Shown: positions 39,480 to 48,501, counted from the first letter of the stretch. The stretch is 64,000 nt of DNA from a virus (IMGVR_UViG_3300025141_016046:11846-75845), one strand, 5' to 3'. The notes: a model not told the origin generated them from the letters alone. Translations and numbers: made by a program.

Positions 39480-40727
39480 CTATAGGCTAAAAAATTCCCA
39501 AGCTTTATAATCATCTTTCCAATTTTCAGAAAGCTCTTCAAGTGTAGTGTGCCAGCCGTCTACTGTACTTTGTAGAGAAAAGCAATCCTTTGCGTAATCT
39601 ATACACTTCTTTCTAAGAGATAGCTTTTCATCTCTAGAGAGCTGAGAGATTTTAAGCAAACCTTCCGCTACTGTATCGCAAGAAACATAGTCTTCATAAA
39701 TGTATGGAACTTGCTGAGATCCTACTAGTGATCTGAATTCTACTGGAAGTGCGACTCCATTTTCCGAACCATCTCTATGATCAACAACCTGTCTTGTTAA
39801 ACCACCTGTCTTTACAGCGACAATAGGACAGCCTGTCATCATTCCTTCAAGTGTTGAGAGGCCAAATCCCTCTGCATAGCTAATATTGATACATGTGTCA
39901 GATATATTATAAAGCACATTTATTTTATCAAAGTCTAATCTCTCTGTAGAAAAATAGACATTATTTATTATTCCATGATGCTGACAGTTTTTAATTAGAT
40001 TGGGACCTTCCTGATCATATGGGTCTGTATGCATAAGAAGCGTTGCATTTCTATGCCCCTCTGTCGCTTCAAGCTTATCTAAAAAAACCTTCCAGGACTC
40101 TATGACATCAGAAGGTCTCTTTCTCTTGGCATTTCTATTAATCCATATTGCTACAAAGTGATCAATCCTTTCATCACCGAGAATTTGACGCTTATAGCTT
40201 AGCCTCTCTGTTGATGACATTGGAAAAAATACATTATCAGGAACAGCATGTGGAATAAAGTTAACTCTTCCGGGAACATTATCATTTATTAGTTCATATG
40301 TCATATGAGAGTGACAATTAATTAAGTCTGTAGATTCATATAGTACTTGATTAAACTCAGGATAGGGTTCATTATCCCAAACATGCCACCATGCGATTGG
40401 ACATATTTGATGAATTTCGTCTTCCATTTCAAAAAGCCAGATAAAAAATCTAGGATCAGTAAAGATCAAAAGAATATCTGGTTTTTCAGTAGCAAGCGCA
40501 AGTCTTAGGAGATTTCTATCTCCAAATCCATCAATTGGTTTAATAATAAAGTCTTCATTTACAACAACTGTCTCATAATCAGTGTGCTTTAGTGCAGCTC
40601 CAAACTGTCTAAAAGTCCAGTGATTCTTTTCTAACAATCCATTAACAAGGTGTCTAGTCTGTGTGCCGACACCAGAAGTTGAAAGTGCATGATCTGATAA
40701 GATCACCACCTTTTTCTTTTCTGCCAT
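39480..40727 (-). CDS. Glycosyltransferase, GT-B fold (GT4-like)
   Basis: SGVGTQTR, NRNAKRKR, AEGFGLSTLEG (EX7E motif), PIVAVKTGG. Confidence 0.88.
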   Translation of the reverse strand: MAEKKKVVILSDHALSTSGVGTQTRHLVNGLLEKNHWTFRQFGAALKHTDYETVVVNEDFIIKPIDGFGDRNLLRLALATEKPDILLIFTDPRFFIWLFEMEDEIHQICPIAWWHVWDNEPYPEFNQVLYESTDLINCHSHMTYELINDNVPGRVNFIPHAVPDNVFFPMSSTERLSYKRQILGDERIDHFVAIWINRNAKRKRPSDVIESWKVFLDKLEATEGHRNATLLMHTDPYDQEGPNLIKNCQHHGIINNVYFSTERLDFDKINVLYNISDTCINISYAEGFGLSTLEGMMTGCPIVAVKTGGLTRQVVDHRDGSENGVALPVEFRSLVGSQQVPYIYEDYVSCDTVAEGLLKISQLSRDEKLSLRKKCIDYAKDCFSLQSTVDGWHTTLEELSENWKDDYKAWEFFSL

Positions 40728-40735
40728 TGATCTAC

Positions 40736-40777
40736 TATCCTCAGTGAAATATTAACACTGAGATATTATAAAGTAAA
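40736..40777 (-). promoter_or_regulatory. Promoter overlapped by an inverted repeat that covers the SD of the GT4 gene
   Basis: Minus strand TTTACT-N17-(TGn)TAATAT. Perfect 7-bp inverted repeat CTCAGTG (40740-46) / CACTGAG (40756-62) with the -10 box in its loop. SD GAGGA at 40738-42. Confidence 0.55.
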
Positions 40778-41611
40778 TCACGTACAATGTTCTGTATTTT
40801 TAAATTGACAGTAAGTGCAGGAATCTCTATTTTTTAAAAACATTCCTCTGTATACAGAGGCTATCATGCTATTCATCATCTTGATACCCTTCTCTAGAGT
40901 CTTAGGTCCTACAGATACTGTTACAAGCTCACAGATGCGTCCTGGCTTACCCCCACGCTTTAATAGGATAAATCCACATCTTACGTCCTTAAGTGGCACA
41001 GAATGCTTTCTAGCCCAAAAGTGCTTATATAGAATAAGTTGCGCTGTCATTAGTAGACTTTGCTTTTTTTCTCTTCTCCAGCCATAGGATTGAGCTGTTT
41101 TCCAGTCTAAAATCCAGTAGTTATATCCCTCGTCCTTTTTCTTTGGAACCTTAATTACTGCATCAATAAATCCTTTAAACTTTACAGTCTTTCCCTCAAT
41201 CTCTTCATAGAGATATTCCTCAGCTTTTACAGGCTCCCAGTTAGGAAATGTGTCATCTAGAAAGCTAGGAACTTCATCCCACATATTTTCTGCCCACTGG
41301 CACCATGTCTCTACAGGCGCGTACTTATACCAACCAGGCTGTTTTTCAACCCACTCAGGATTATCAAATCCGTTCTTTTCCCATGCAGATGTTATGTCAT
41401 TAAAAAGCTTTTTCTTATCAACCTTTCTAGTCTCAAGAAGCGTTTCACAGCCTTCATGAACTGCTGTTCCAAAATCAAGATAGGGTGAAGGTTCAAAAGT
41501 GTCGATCTTGTCGATGTACATAAGCTTGTGTCGCCAGGAGCACTCCTTCCATATTTTCACTTCAGAAAATGAAATATGTGGCTTTCCTGTTGGAAAATTA
41601 TTTTCAGTCAT
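40778..41611 (-). CDS. PD-(D/E)XK nuclease, Cas4/AddB-like with Fe-S cysteines
   Basis: ISFSE..W.EC, GTAVH, GFIDAV, ILDWKT, QLILY and C-terminal CTYC......C (1+3 Cys staple). Confidence 0.85.
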   Translation of the reverse strand: MTENNFPTGKPHISFSEVKIWKECSWRHKLMYIDKIDTFEPSPYLDFGTAVHEGCETLLETRKVDKKKLFNDITSAWEKNGFDNPEWVEKQPGWYKYAPVETWCQWAENMWDEVPSFLDDTFPNWEPVKAEEYLYEEIEGKTVKFKGFIDAVIKVPKKKDEGYNYWILDWKTAQSYGWRREKKQSLLMTAQLILYKHFWARKHSVPLKDVRCGFILLKRGGKPGRICELVTVSVGPKTLEKGIKMMNSMIASVYRGMFLKNRDSCTYCQFKNTEHCT

Positions 41612-41616
41612 AATTC

Positions 41617-41646
41617 AATTATAATTAAAAATATAGAAAAGTACAT
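41617..41646. promoter_or_regulatory. Divergent promoter region with a palindromic -10 box
   Basis: Palindrome AATTATAATT (41617-26) reads TATAAT on both strands. Minus strand: ATGTAC-N17-TATAAT-N6-ATG (leaderless). Plus strand: TATAAT, then a GGAG SD and the ATG at 41656. Confidence 0.55.
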
Positions 41647-41655
41647 GGAGTTCTA

Positions 41656-42483
41656 ATGATTAGTGATGAAGAATACCAGGAAAGAATTCAAGATCTAAAT
41701 AATAAAGAGTTTAAAAACCTATATTTTATTCATATTCCTAAGGCAGCTGGGTCATATATAAAACAATTTCCAATCAAGTGGGGGCAAAGTCACGAGCAAT
41801 TTCACAGCTTTTCTCCAGTAGTCGGACCCTGGGGGACTACTGTTCCAGAGGAGCTTTTACTACCAAAGTCAGATCCCCAATTACTTCTTGAAAAAGGAGA
41901 AATAATATCTGGATACAAGAAGATAGAGCCGACCCAAATATCAAAAAAATTCTTAAAATTTGCAACTATTAGAAATCCGTTTGACTATCTAGTAAGTTGT
42001 TATTTTTCTAAAATGGTTGGAGTAGAATATGTCAATCTAGATGGGTGGCCGTTAAAGAAAGTTAGCACAGGGGACATAGAGGAATTCTTAATAAGCTTTT
42101 CAAAGAGTGAGAGAATGTACCTTCAATCTAGAAAAAATCTATTTCACCAAATATTCGACAATGAAGGAAGGTGTTGTGTAGATGTTCTAATTAGAGTAGA
42201 AAGAATAGATGAGGGACTCAGCCTTCTCAATAAAGAGGTATTTAGCAATAAGCTCAATATATCAAAAAAAGATCACAAAAATATTACGGGTGAAAGAGAG
42301 ATAAATGGTAAAAGACAAGGATATGAGAAATTCTATACAAGTAAAACTAAAAAAGAAATCAAGAAAAAAATTAAAAGAGAGCTTAGCATGTTCGAATACA
42401 GTTTCAAGGGTCCTACAAATAAAAGACCCCTTGTATTCTTAGATAGAAATAAAAAATACGATATTTTTAAGGATTTTAAATGA
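41656..42483 (+). CDS. Sulfotransferase family protein (Sulfotransfer_2-like), copy 1
   Basis: 5'-PSB loop FIHIPKAAGS and 3'-PB motif RNPFDYLVSCY. Confidence 0.82.
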   Translation: MISDEEYQERIQDLNNKEFKNLYFIHIPKAAGSYIKQFPIKWGQSHEQFHSFSPVVGPWGTTVPEELLLPKSDPQLLLEKGEIISGYKKIEPTQISKKFLKFATIRNPFDYLVSCYFSKMVGVEYVNLDGWPLKKVSTGDIEEFLISFSKSERMYLQSRKNLFHQIFDNEGRCCVDVLIRVERIDEGLSLLNKEVFSNKLNISKKDHKNITGEREINGKRQGYEKFYTSKTKKEIKKKIKRELSMFEYSFKGPTNKRPLVFLDRNKKYDIFKDFK

Positions 42484-43307
42484 TTAGTGATGAAGAATAC
42501 AAGAAAAGAATTCAAGATCTAAAAGATAAGAAATTTAAAAAGCTTTATTTTATTCATGTTCCAAAGGCAGCCGGATCTTACGTAAGAGAGTTTCCGATTC
42601 CAACTTCTGTTCACGGAAACCATGAGCAGTTTCACAACAATTCTTCATATAGCATCGGAAGGATAGTTGATGGAGCAATGCATTCAACAAGGCAGTTACT
42701 TGAAAGAGGTGACATAGTTACTGGATATTCAATGATAACTAAGGCCAAAAATAGCAATATAAGCCAAGATTCATTAAAGTTTGCAACTGTTAGAAATCCG
42801 TTTGACTACCTAATAAGTTGCTATTTTTCAGGAATGGTTGGTGCACCCGGTCAGACTATTAGATGCAATAATGATCATGGCAGCTATAAGACATACTGCG
42901 AGCACTGCAATGGTTTTGGATATGAAAGGTTCTTATCTGAATTCAGCAGAGGACGGATGTTATACGAACCTTGTAGAAAAAATCTATTTCATCAAGTATT
43001 TGACAATGAGGGACGCTGTGGTGTTGACCTGCTTATTAGATCAGAGTATGTTGCTGAGGGATTGCAGCAGCTAGGTAAGATAATATCTCTTAAAGATGAA
43101 GCTAAAAATATTCCAAAAGATCATGCAAATTCTTCTTCTAAAAGAATGAAAAGAGACTATAGAGAGTTCTACTCTCCCAAGATAAAAGATATGGTAGAGA
43201 GAAAGGTTAGAAACGAGCTTGATATGTTTGGTTACACTTTTGACGGACCAGTTGACAAAAGACCCTTTGTATTTCTAGATAGGGATAAAAGATATGATAT
43301 CTTCTAA
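42480..43307 (+). CDS. Sulfotransferase family protein, copy 2 (tandem paralog)
   Basis: FIHVPKAAGS and RNPFDYLISCY. Same length (275 aa) and same MISDEEY start as copy 1. Confidence 0.82.
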   Translation: MISDEEYKKRIQDLKDKKFKKLYFIHVPKAAGSYVREFPIPTSVHGNHEQFHNNSSYSIGRIVDGAMHSTRQLLERGDIVTGYSMITKAKNSNISQDSLKFATVRNPFDYLISCYFSGMVGAPGQTIRCNNDHGSYKTYCEHCNGFGYERFLSEFSRGRMLYEPCRKNLFHQVFDNEGRCGVDLLIRSEYVAEGLQQLGKIISLKDEAKNIPKDHANSSSKRMKRDYREFYSPKIKDMVERKVRNELDMFGYTFDGPVDKRPFVFLDRDKRYDIF

Positions 43308-44164
43308 TCTTCGCTAACTGCTCGACCTGCCATCTTCTCCCAGTCTCGTTCATTCTCATTCCTAACCTCTAGATTCTTTTCCCACACACATCGAAGAATT
43401 CTTGGATCAACGCTATTATTTTTTGCTACCTTGATAAGTGCATTTAAATCCTTTGGAAAGCAATGCCCGCCAAATCCCATGCTTCCGTCAGGACCTGGGA
43501 CTGACCAGTGTGACTTTCCAAGCCTCTCGTCATAAAGTGCATACTCAACAACCTTATCATAATCTATGCTGAGTGGTTCGCAGATCTGATTCATCTCATT
43601 AGAAAAAATAACCTTAGTGGCAAGGAAGCAATTAGTAAAATATTTGACCATTTCCGCTGTATTGGATCCTGTCTTAACGATAGGGGTTTGCTTAAATGCC
43701 TTTCTAAAGACATTCTTCACGACCGAGGTTCCCGGTCTCGGACCTCCAACTATTATTCTAGTCTGATTCTTAAAATCTTCTACTGCATTGGCTTCAGTTA
43801 AAAATTCAGGATTAAATACGACTTGTATGTTTGAAACTTTTTTATTTAAATATTCAGTTGTTCCCGGGGGAATTGTTGACTTAATGACTGCTACCTTGTT
43901 GTCTATTTCTTTACAAAGACTGTCAATCTCTAAAATAGTTTCTTCAACAATTCTTAGATCACAAGAACCGTCCTGTCTCATGGGTGTTGGAAGGCAGACA
44001 AATATAACGTCTACTTTTTCAACAAGAGGCGCTAACGAACTACAAGTAGATTTTTCGGATACAAACTTATCATATGTCTCAATGTTGAATGCATGCTTCA
44101 TTCCCTCATTTAGAGCTCCTCCAACAAATCCCTGTCCAACTATTCCAATTGTATTTATCATCAA
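43304..44164 (-). CDS. ugd: UDP-glucose/GDP-mannose 6-dehydrogenase family, short form
   Basis: GIVGQGFVG, CLPTP, IKSTIPPGTT, NPEFL, KYFTN and catalytic GFGGHCFPKD. Lacks the C-terminal UDP-binding domain. Confidence 0.85.
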   Translation of the reverse strand: MMINTIGIVGQGFVGGALNEGMKHAFNIETYDKFVSEKSTCSSLAPLVEKVDVIFVCLPTPMRQDGSCDLRIVEETILEIDSLCKEIDNKVAVIKSTIPPGTTEYLNKKVSNIQVVFNPEFLTEANAVEDFKNQTRIIVGGPRPGTSVVKNVFRKAFKQTPIVKTGSNTAEMVKYFTNCFLATKVIFSNEMNQICEPLSIDYDKVVEYALYDERLGKSHWSVPGPDGSMGFGGHCFPKDLNALIKVAKNNSVDPRILRCVWEKNLEVRNENERDWEKMAGRAVSED

Positions 44165-44165
44165 C

Positions 44166-44495
44166 CTATCCTTTGTATGCCCTTATAGCACATATCTTGC
44201 CATCGCTATTAAACTCAATGACGTCAACAACCCGCAATGCATCATCATTATTAATGTAGATCTCTATCTCAGATACAGTTAAATTTCCAGTTTCTGCAAT
44301 ATTGATTGGAACAATATTGATAGTGTCAAACATCTTAAACATTTTTTTATTTTCGTGAAGAACGTACGCAACGGGTCCAACATTAAGATCCCAATCTCTA
44401 AGCGTGATATCTTTAGAAAATAACTCCTTTAAACCGTCTGCATCCTTATTTGAAAAAGTATCAAAATACTTTAGTGTTAGCTCTTTTAAGTTCAT
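44166..44495 (-). CDS. SnoaL/NTF2-like small protein
   Basis: YFDTFSNKDADGLKELFS.D...VVDVIEFNSDGKI..IRAY pattern. Confidence 0.75.
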   Translation of the reverse strand: MNLKELTLKYFDTFSNKDADGLKELFSKDITLRDWDLNVGPVAYVLHENKKMFKMFDTINIVPINIAETGNLTVSEIEIYINNDDALRVVDVIEFNSDGKICAIRAYKG

Positions 44496-45544
44496 TTTAT
44501 ATCCTCCATTGTTAAAATTTGATCGTCAGAAATATCCTTAGACGCGAACCTTCCTAAGATCTTGTGAAGCATAGTTGGAGAAAGTCCAGTGCCTGGTCGC
44601 TTGCATGATAGATTTTTATCAGTAAGCATTTCCCCTTTTTTAATTTTAGAAGTGGATACTATACTTCTTCTAGCATAAAGCCTTGCTCTCTCTTCGCTCT
44701 CTGTGCACTTCTTTTCTCTTGAGCCCAAGAGTGAAACTGCTAGGTTTATATTTTCAATAATCTTAGTAACTTCAGGTGGGTCAACTGATAGCCAGTGATC
44801 AGCACTTTTGTCAAGTGTCTTGTCTACTGTGTAGTGCTTTTCAAATATAGTTGCTCCAAGAGCATAGGCAAAAGCAGGGGTCCAAAGATTCATTGTGTGG
44901 TCAGATAGACCCATAATACAATCTGGAAACTCTTCTCTAAGGTGCTCTATCATTCGCAAGTTAATCTCATGATCTTCTGTTGGATACTTGAGATTACAGT
45001 GCATAACAACAATTTTATCTGTACCGCATTTTAGTACATTGACTGCAGCTCTTATCTCATCTATTGTTCCAGCACCTGTAGAAAGCATAACTATCTTCCC
45101 CTTAGATGCTACATTTTCTAGAAGCGGATGATTTGTCAGGTCACATGATGCAATCTTATAAGCATTGATTCCAACTCTATCGAGGTAGTCTGTTGCTTCA
45201 TCGTCAAATGGGGTTGACATAAACTCTATATCGTGATAGTCACATATTCGCTTAAGTTCTGCATGATCTGCCTCACCAAAAGAATCTAAATGAGAATAGG
45301 AGTCAAATTGAGATCCTTCACTTTCTATCTCACCTTCCCAATCCCAAAATCTAGGAGCATCTCTAGTACACAGATTTTTAGCTTTATATGATTGAAATTT
45401 AATTGCATGAGCACCTGCTTCAGCAGCTTCTCTAATTAATCTTTCACCGAGATCTAAAGATCCTAGATGATTTACACCTGCTTCAGCAATAAAAAATGGA
45501 CTTCCTGATAAAAGACGGTTCCATAGTTTATCAACTGGTGACAT
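44492..45544 (-). CDS. neuB: Nonulosonic acid (N-acetylneuraminate-type) synthase with SAF domain
   Basis: IAEAGVNHLG, AIKFQ, STPFD, KIASCD, LSTG, MHC..YP, GLSDHT, EKHYT, ADH and C-terminal RRS...KRPGTG. Confidence 0.93.
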   Translation of the reverse strand: MSPVDKLWNRLLSGSPFFIAEAGVNHLGSLDLGERLIREAAEAGAHAIKFQSYKAKNLCTRDAPRFWDWEGEIESEGSQFDSYSHLDSFGEADHAELKRICDYHDIEFMSTPFDDEATDYLDRVGINAYKIASCDLTNHPLLENVASKGKIVMLSTGAGTIDEIRAAVNVLKCGTDKIVVMHCNLKYPTEDHEINLRMIEHLREEFPDCIMGLSDHTMNLWTPAFAYALGATIFEKHYTVDKTLDKSADHWLSVDPPEVTKIIENINLAVSLLGSREKKCTESEERARLYARRSIVSTSKIKKGEMLTDKNLSCKRPGTGLSPTMLHKILGRFASKDISDDQILTMEDIK

Positions 45545-46217
45545 TTTGATCCTCGTCTATTTTCTTTTTAAGAGACTGCCTTTCTTTGGTTTTTGAAGAA
45601 AGACTTCCAGACCTTTTAAAGTATCTGTAGTATGGTAACCTTAAATGGTACCCATTAAAGTTCTTAATGTATCTTAAAATAAGATCATAGTCCTCTCTAT
45701 TTCTTAGAGATTCATCGTATAGCCCTATTGACTCCAGATATCTCTTTCTAAACATAATTCCTGCACCATGGTCAAGTAGCACATCTAGAGTGTTTAGTGA
45801 CTGCTTTCTCTCAAATTTTTCATTTACAACTATGTGATCACAGTAAACAAACCCTATATCATCATTCCACTCTAAAATCTCAGATAGTGTGAAGAGAAAG
45901 TTTTTATTAATAAAGTCGTCACCATCAACTCTCACTATGTACTTTCCTGATGATAGCGTGATTCCCTTGTTGGAGGCTGCCGACACTCCGCTATTCTTTT
46001 CTAGTCTGGCAGAATTTACTAGTCCAGAAAATTGAGAAATAACTTCCCAGGATCCATCGATCGAACAATCATCTACGACAATTATCTCATATCTATCATC
46101 CGATAGTGTTTGATTAATGCAGCTATTAATTGCTCTCCCGATATGTTTTTCAAGATTAAAGCAAGTTATAATGACGCTTATTAGTATATTGCTATCCTGC
46201 GTAGATTTTAATTCCAT
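45531..46217 (-). CDS. Glycosyltransferase family 2
   Basis: SVIITCFN, EIIVVDDCSID, RVDGDD (DxD motif), EDYDL. Confidence 0.9.
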   Translation of the reverse strand: MELKSTQDSNILISVIITCFNLEKHIGRAINSCINQTLSDDRYEIIVVDDCSIDGSWEVISQFSGLVNSARLEKNSGVSAASNKGITLSSGKYIVRVDGDDFINKNFLFTLSEILEWNDDIGFVYCDHIVVNEKFERKQSLNTLDVLLDHGAGIMFRKRYLESIGLYDESLRNREDYDLILRYIKNFNGYHLRLPYYRYFKRSGSLSSKTKERQSLKKKIDEDQNVTS

Positions 46218-46758
46218 CAGACTTTAACCATCTATCACAAATATTTTCAAAAACTTCTGGCGGTATGCCTGTTGATCCTAGCTTAGTATAGTTTGTGTTC
46301 TTAGTAAAGATAATATCAAACTTCTCTTCTATTTCAACTTCATACATTGAAAAAAGCTCATCTATATCTCTAACATCCCCTTCAAGTATGTAGTATATAG
46401 ATTGACTACAGAATTTATCTGCAACCTCGCCTGCAGTTTTTTGATAAGCTTGATCTCCCTGACCCCTTAGCCTAAAGAGATCAATTCCTATAAACTTATT
46501 ACAACCCCTCTCCTGAAAAAATGGCCACATTGTGCAAAATCCACATCCTAGATCTAGTACAGATATTGTATCTTCAGAATTCTTAGATTTTAAAAATGTG
46601 CTTAAGTCTCCTGATTTTTCAAATAATTCATTTAGCCTTCTCTCATGTGGAACAATCAGCGCCCAGTTCCATAGGCTACCTCTTCCATGTTTATTGGATC
46701 TTTCAAGGAGAAAGCTTTCAATCTCCTGTATTAGATTTTCATCCTTGCTAGTTATCAT
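46192..46758 (-). CDS. Class I SAM-dependent methyltransferase
   Basis: VLDLGCG, IGID, GDV, FDII, LKSDG. Confidence 0.78.
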   Translation of the reverse strand: MITSKDENLIQEIESFLLERSNKHGRGSLWNWALIVPHERRLNELFEKSGDLSTFLKSKNSEDTISVLDLGCGFCTMWPFFQERGCNKFIGIDLFRLRGQGDQAYQKTAGEVADKFCSQSIYYILEGDVRDIDELFSMYEVEIEEKFDIIFTKNTNYTKLGSTGIPPEVFENICDRWLKSDGIKIYAG

Positions 46759-47326
46759 TTTTATTTTCCATCTTTCTTGCTATTTTATCAATATCATCTT
46801 TTGTGTGAACGTCTATGTAGTTTGTACTTACAACTCCCTTATAAACACTTAAAGCCTTTTGATCAACACACCTGTCTAAAAGCACATGAATTGCTGAGTC
46901 TTCTATTCCATTTTGATCTACAGTAAATACTTCCCACAGATTATTTTGTATTAGCTTTTCAATACATTCATCTATCTTTATTGACTCTATTTGTGGTGAA
47001 TTTGCTTGAATTCTAACCATCAGGTCAAAATAAACACCCGATTTATTTAGATGATTTTTTGCATGTGAAAGAACATCCTGCGTCCAGACATTATCCCTTG
47101 AAAGGCTGCTAGGCCTATTAATAACGCTAATCCCTTGTGCTTCTACAATATTTTTTATTTCTTCATCTTCTGTACTGACAAATATATCTTTTTGATCAAT
47201 ATATTTGCTCTTCAGGCAAGCATCAATAGACCAGCAAACTAAAGGTTTGTTGAAGAGTAGATGGATATTTTTTCTAGGAAGTCTCTTGCTTCCACCTCTA
47301 GCAGGTATGACACAGACTATTTTCAA
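46748..47326 (-). CDS. neuA: CMP-nonulosonate synthetase (acylneuraminate cytidylyltransferase)
   Basis: IPARGGSKRLPRKN, VSTED, RP..LS.D, QANSP, IDVHTKDD. Confidence 0.88.
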   Translation of the reverse strand: MKIVCVIPARGGSKRLPRKNIHLLFNKPLVCWSIDACLKSKYIDQKDIFVSTEDEEIKNIVEAQGISVINRPSSLSRDNVWTQDVLSHAKNHLNKSGVYFDLMVRIQANSPQIESIKIDECIEKLIQNNLWEVFTVDQNGIEDSAIHVLLDRCVDQKALSVYKGVVSTNYIDVHTKDDIDKIARKMENKNDN

Positions 47327-48501
47327 AGATCCTCCACAAGGATAGACTTATCTCCAGTCATTGAAGTGCATGCAATTCCAATCTTAACATCATCATCATC
47401 TGGCTTAAGGAAGCACCTCAAAAGATAGTAAGGACAAGCTGGGCAAACTTCTAAGTCTAGCTTATGATAGACTATTTCACCTGATTTTTTCTTGGTAAAG
47501 ACAAATGGATTTTTCTGAAATATTTGATCTCTAAAGGTTATCATTAGACGATTATTAGACCACCTCTCCAGCCCTATTTTTATCTCTATCGGCTTCATAT
47601 TTTCACATATTTGAATTGCCTTTTTTGCATCAGACCATCTAAAGGGTATGTTAAATTTTTTAGATGCATTTCTCAATAGGTCTATAGCATAGTACGTCTC
47701 ATCTCTCATATCTCTATGATCATGACTAAAGTATGAAAGAATTACAGGGCAATTATTCTGCCTGGCATACCCAAATGCTTCATCTACTTCCCACTGCTGT
47801 AACTCATGAAGCCTTGATTTAAGATCAACAGATCTAGCAACATATCTACGCATTCTTCCCGGAGAAAACAAGTCTCTTTTGCTTGGGTGATAATATCCCC
47901 AATGTCTTGGTGCATGAAACCAGTTAAAGTCAAAAATGTCATCTGTTTTGACTGATGTGTACGAAGCCCTATTGGAATAGTCAATCATTAGATTTTCTTC
48001 TAGCCATTGAGAGCATTTATTATCCTCTATCGTACCTCCTGCTCTAAATGCTTCTGGAAAATCATATCTCTCAATAATTCTATGACCTAGTATTTGATAA
48101 TGTACTTTGGAGCTATCCCAGTCACTAGACCATTGATCACCTATTCCGCTCTTAGGTGGTTGATGATAGTGCCAGTGAAAGCTGTCACAGTCTGTATTTA
48201 GAGACTTAATGTTGTCATATGTGTCATTATATTTTTCAATTCTATTTTTAGGATTTGTCCTAAACCCCATAAAGTCCATAATAAACCAGTTTAAAATAAA
48301 ATAATTTTCGAAAGAATCCCGAGAGTCAAATCTAAACCTATCAGATGTTATATCTGACAGTGATCGCTTTATGTCGTCCCAGTTATCCATAAACTCTTTG
48401 GATCCGTCTGGTCTCCTTCTAACGTCGCCCCCAATCGGTCCTTCAGTATCCACACAGTGAACAACTAGAACCTGAGCTTTATTTGTTGAGAAACCACCCA
48501 T
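47323..48501 (-). CDS. Polysaccharide deacetylase-like metalloenzyme
   Basis: VDTEG, HWHYH, FRAGG and HDH resemble NodB/CE4-like barrel motifs. Confidence 0.55.
   Translation of the reverse strand: MGGFSTNKAQVLVVHCVDTEGPIGGDVRRRPDGSKEFMDNWDDIKRSLSDITSDRFRFDSRDSFENYFILNWFIMDFMGFRTNPKNRIEKYNDTYDNIKSLNTDCDSFHWHYHQPPKSGIGDQWSSDWDSSKVHYQILGHRIIERYDFPEAFRAGGTIEDNKCSQWLEENLMIDYSNRASYTSVKTDDIFDFNWFHAPRHWGYYHPSKRDLFSPGRMRRYVARSVDLKSRLHELQQWEVDEAFGYARQNNCPVILSYFSHDHRDMRDETYYAIDLLRNASKKFNIPFRWSDAKKAIQICENMKPIEIKIGLERWSNNRLMITFRDQIFQKNPFVFTKKKSGEIVYHKLDLEVCPACPYYLLRCFLKPDDDDVKIGIACTSMTGDKSILVEDL

Larger units (their letters stand above)
41656..43307 (+). repeat. Diverged tandem gene duplication, 824-nt period
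   Basis: Both units start atgattagtgatgaagaatac and share blocks such as tttgcaact.ttagaaatccgtttgacta and aaaagaccc.ttgtatt. Confidence 0.85.

Noticed and set aside
40778-41611. CRISPR-Cas system suggested by the Cas4-like nuclease
   Set aside because: No repeat-spacer array, cas1/cas2 or effector genes are present, and no intergenic gap is long enough for an array.
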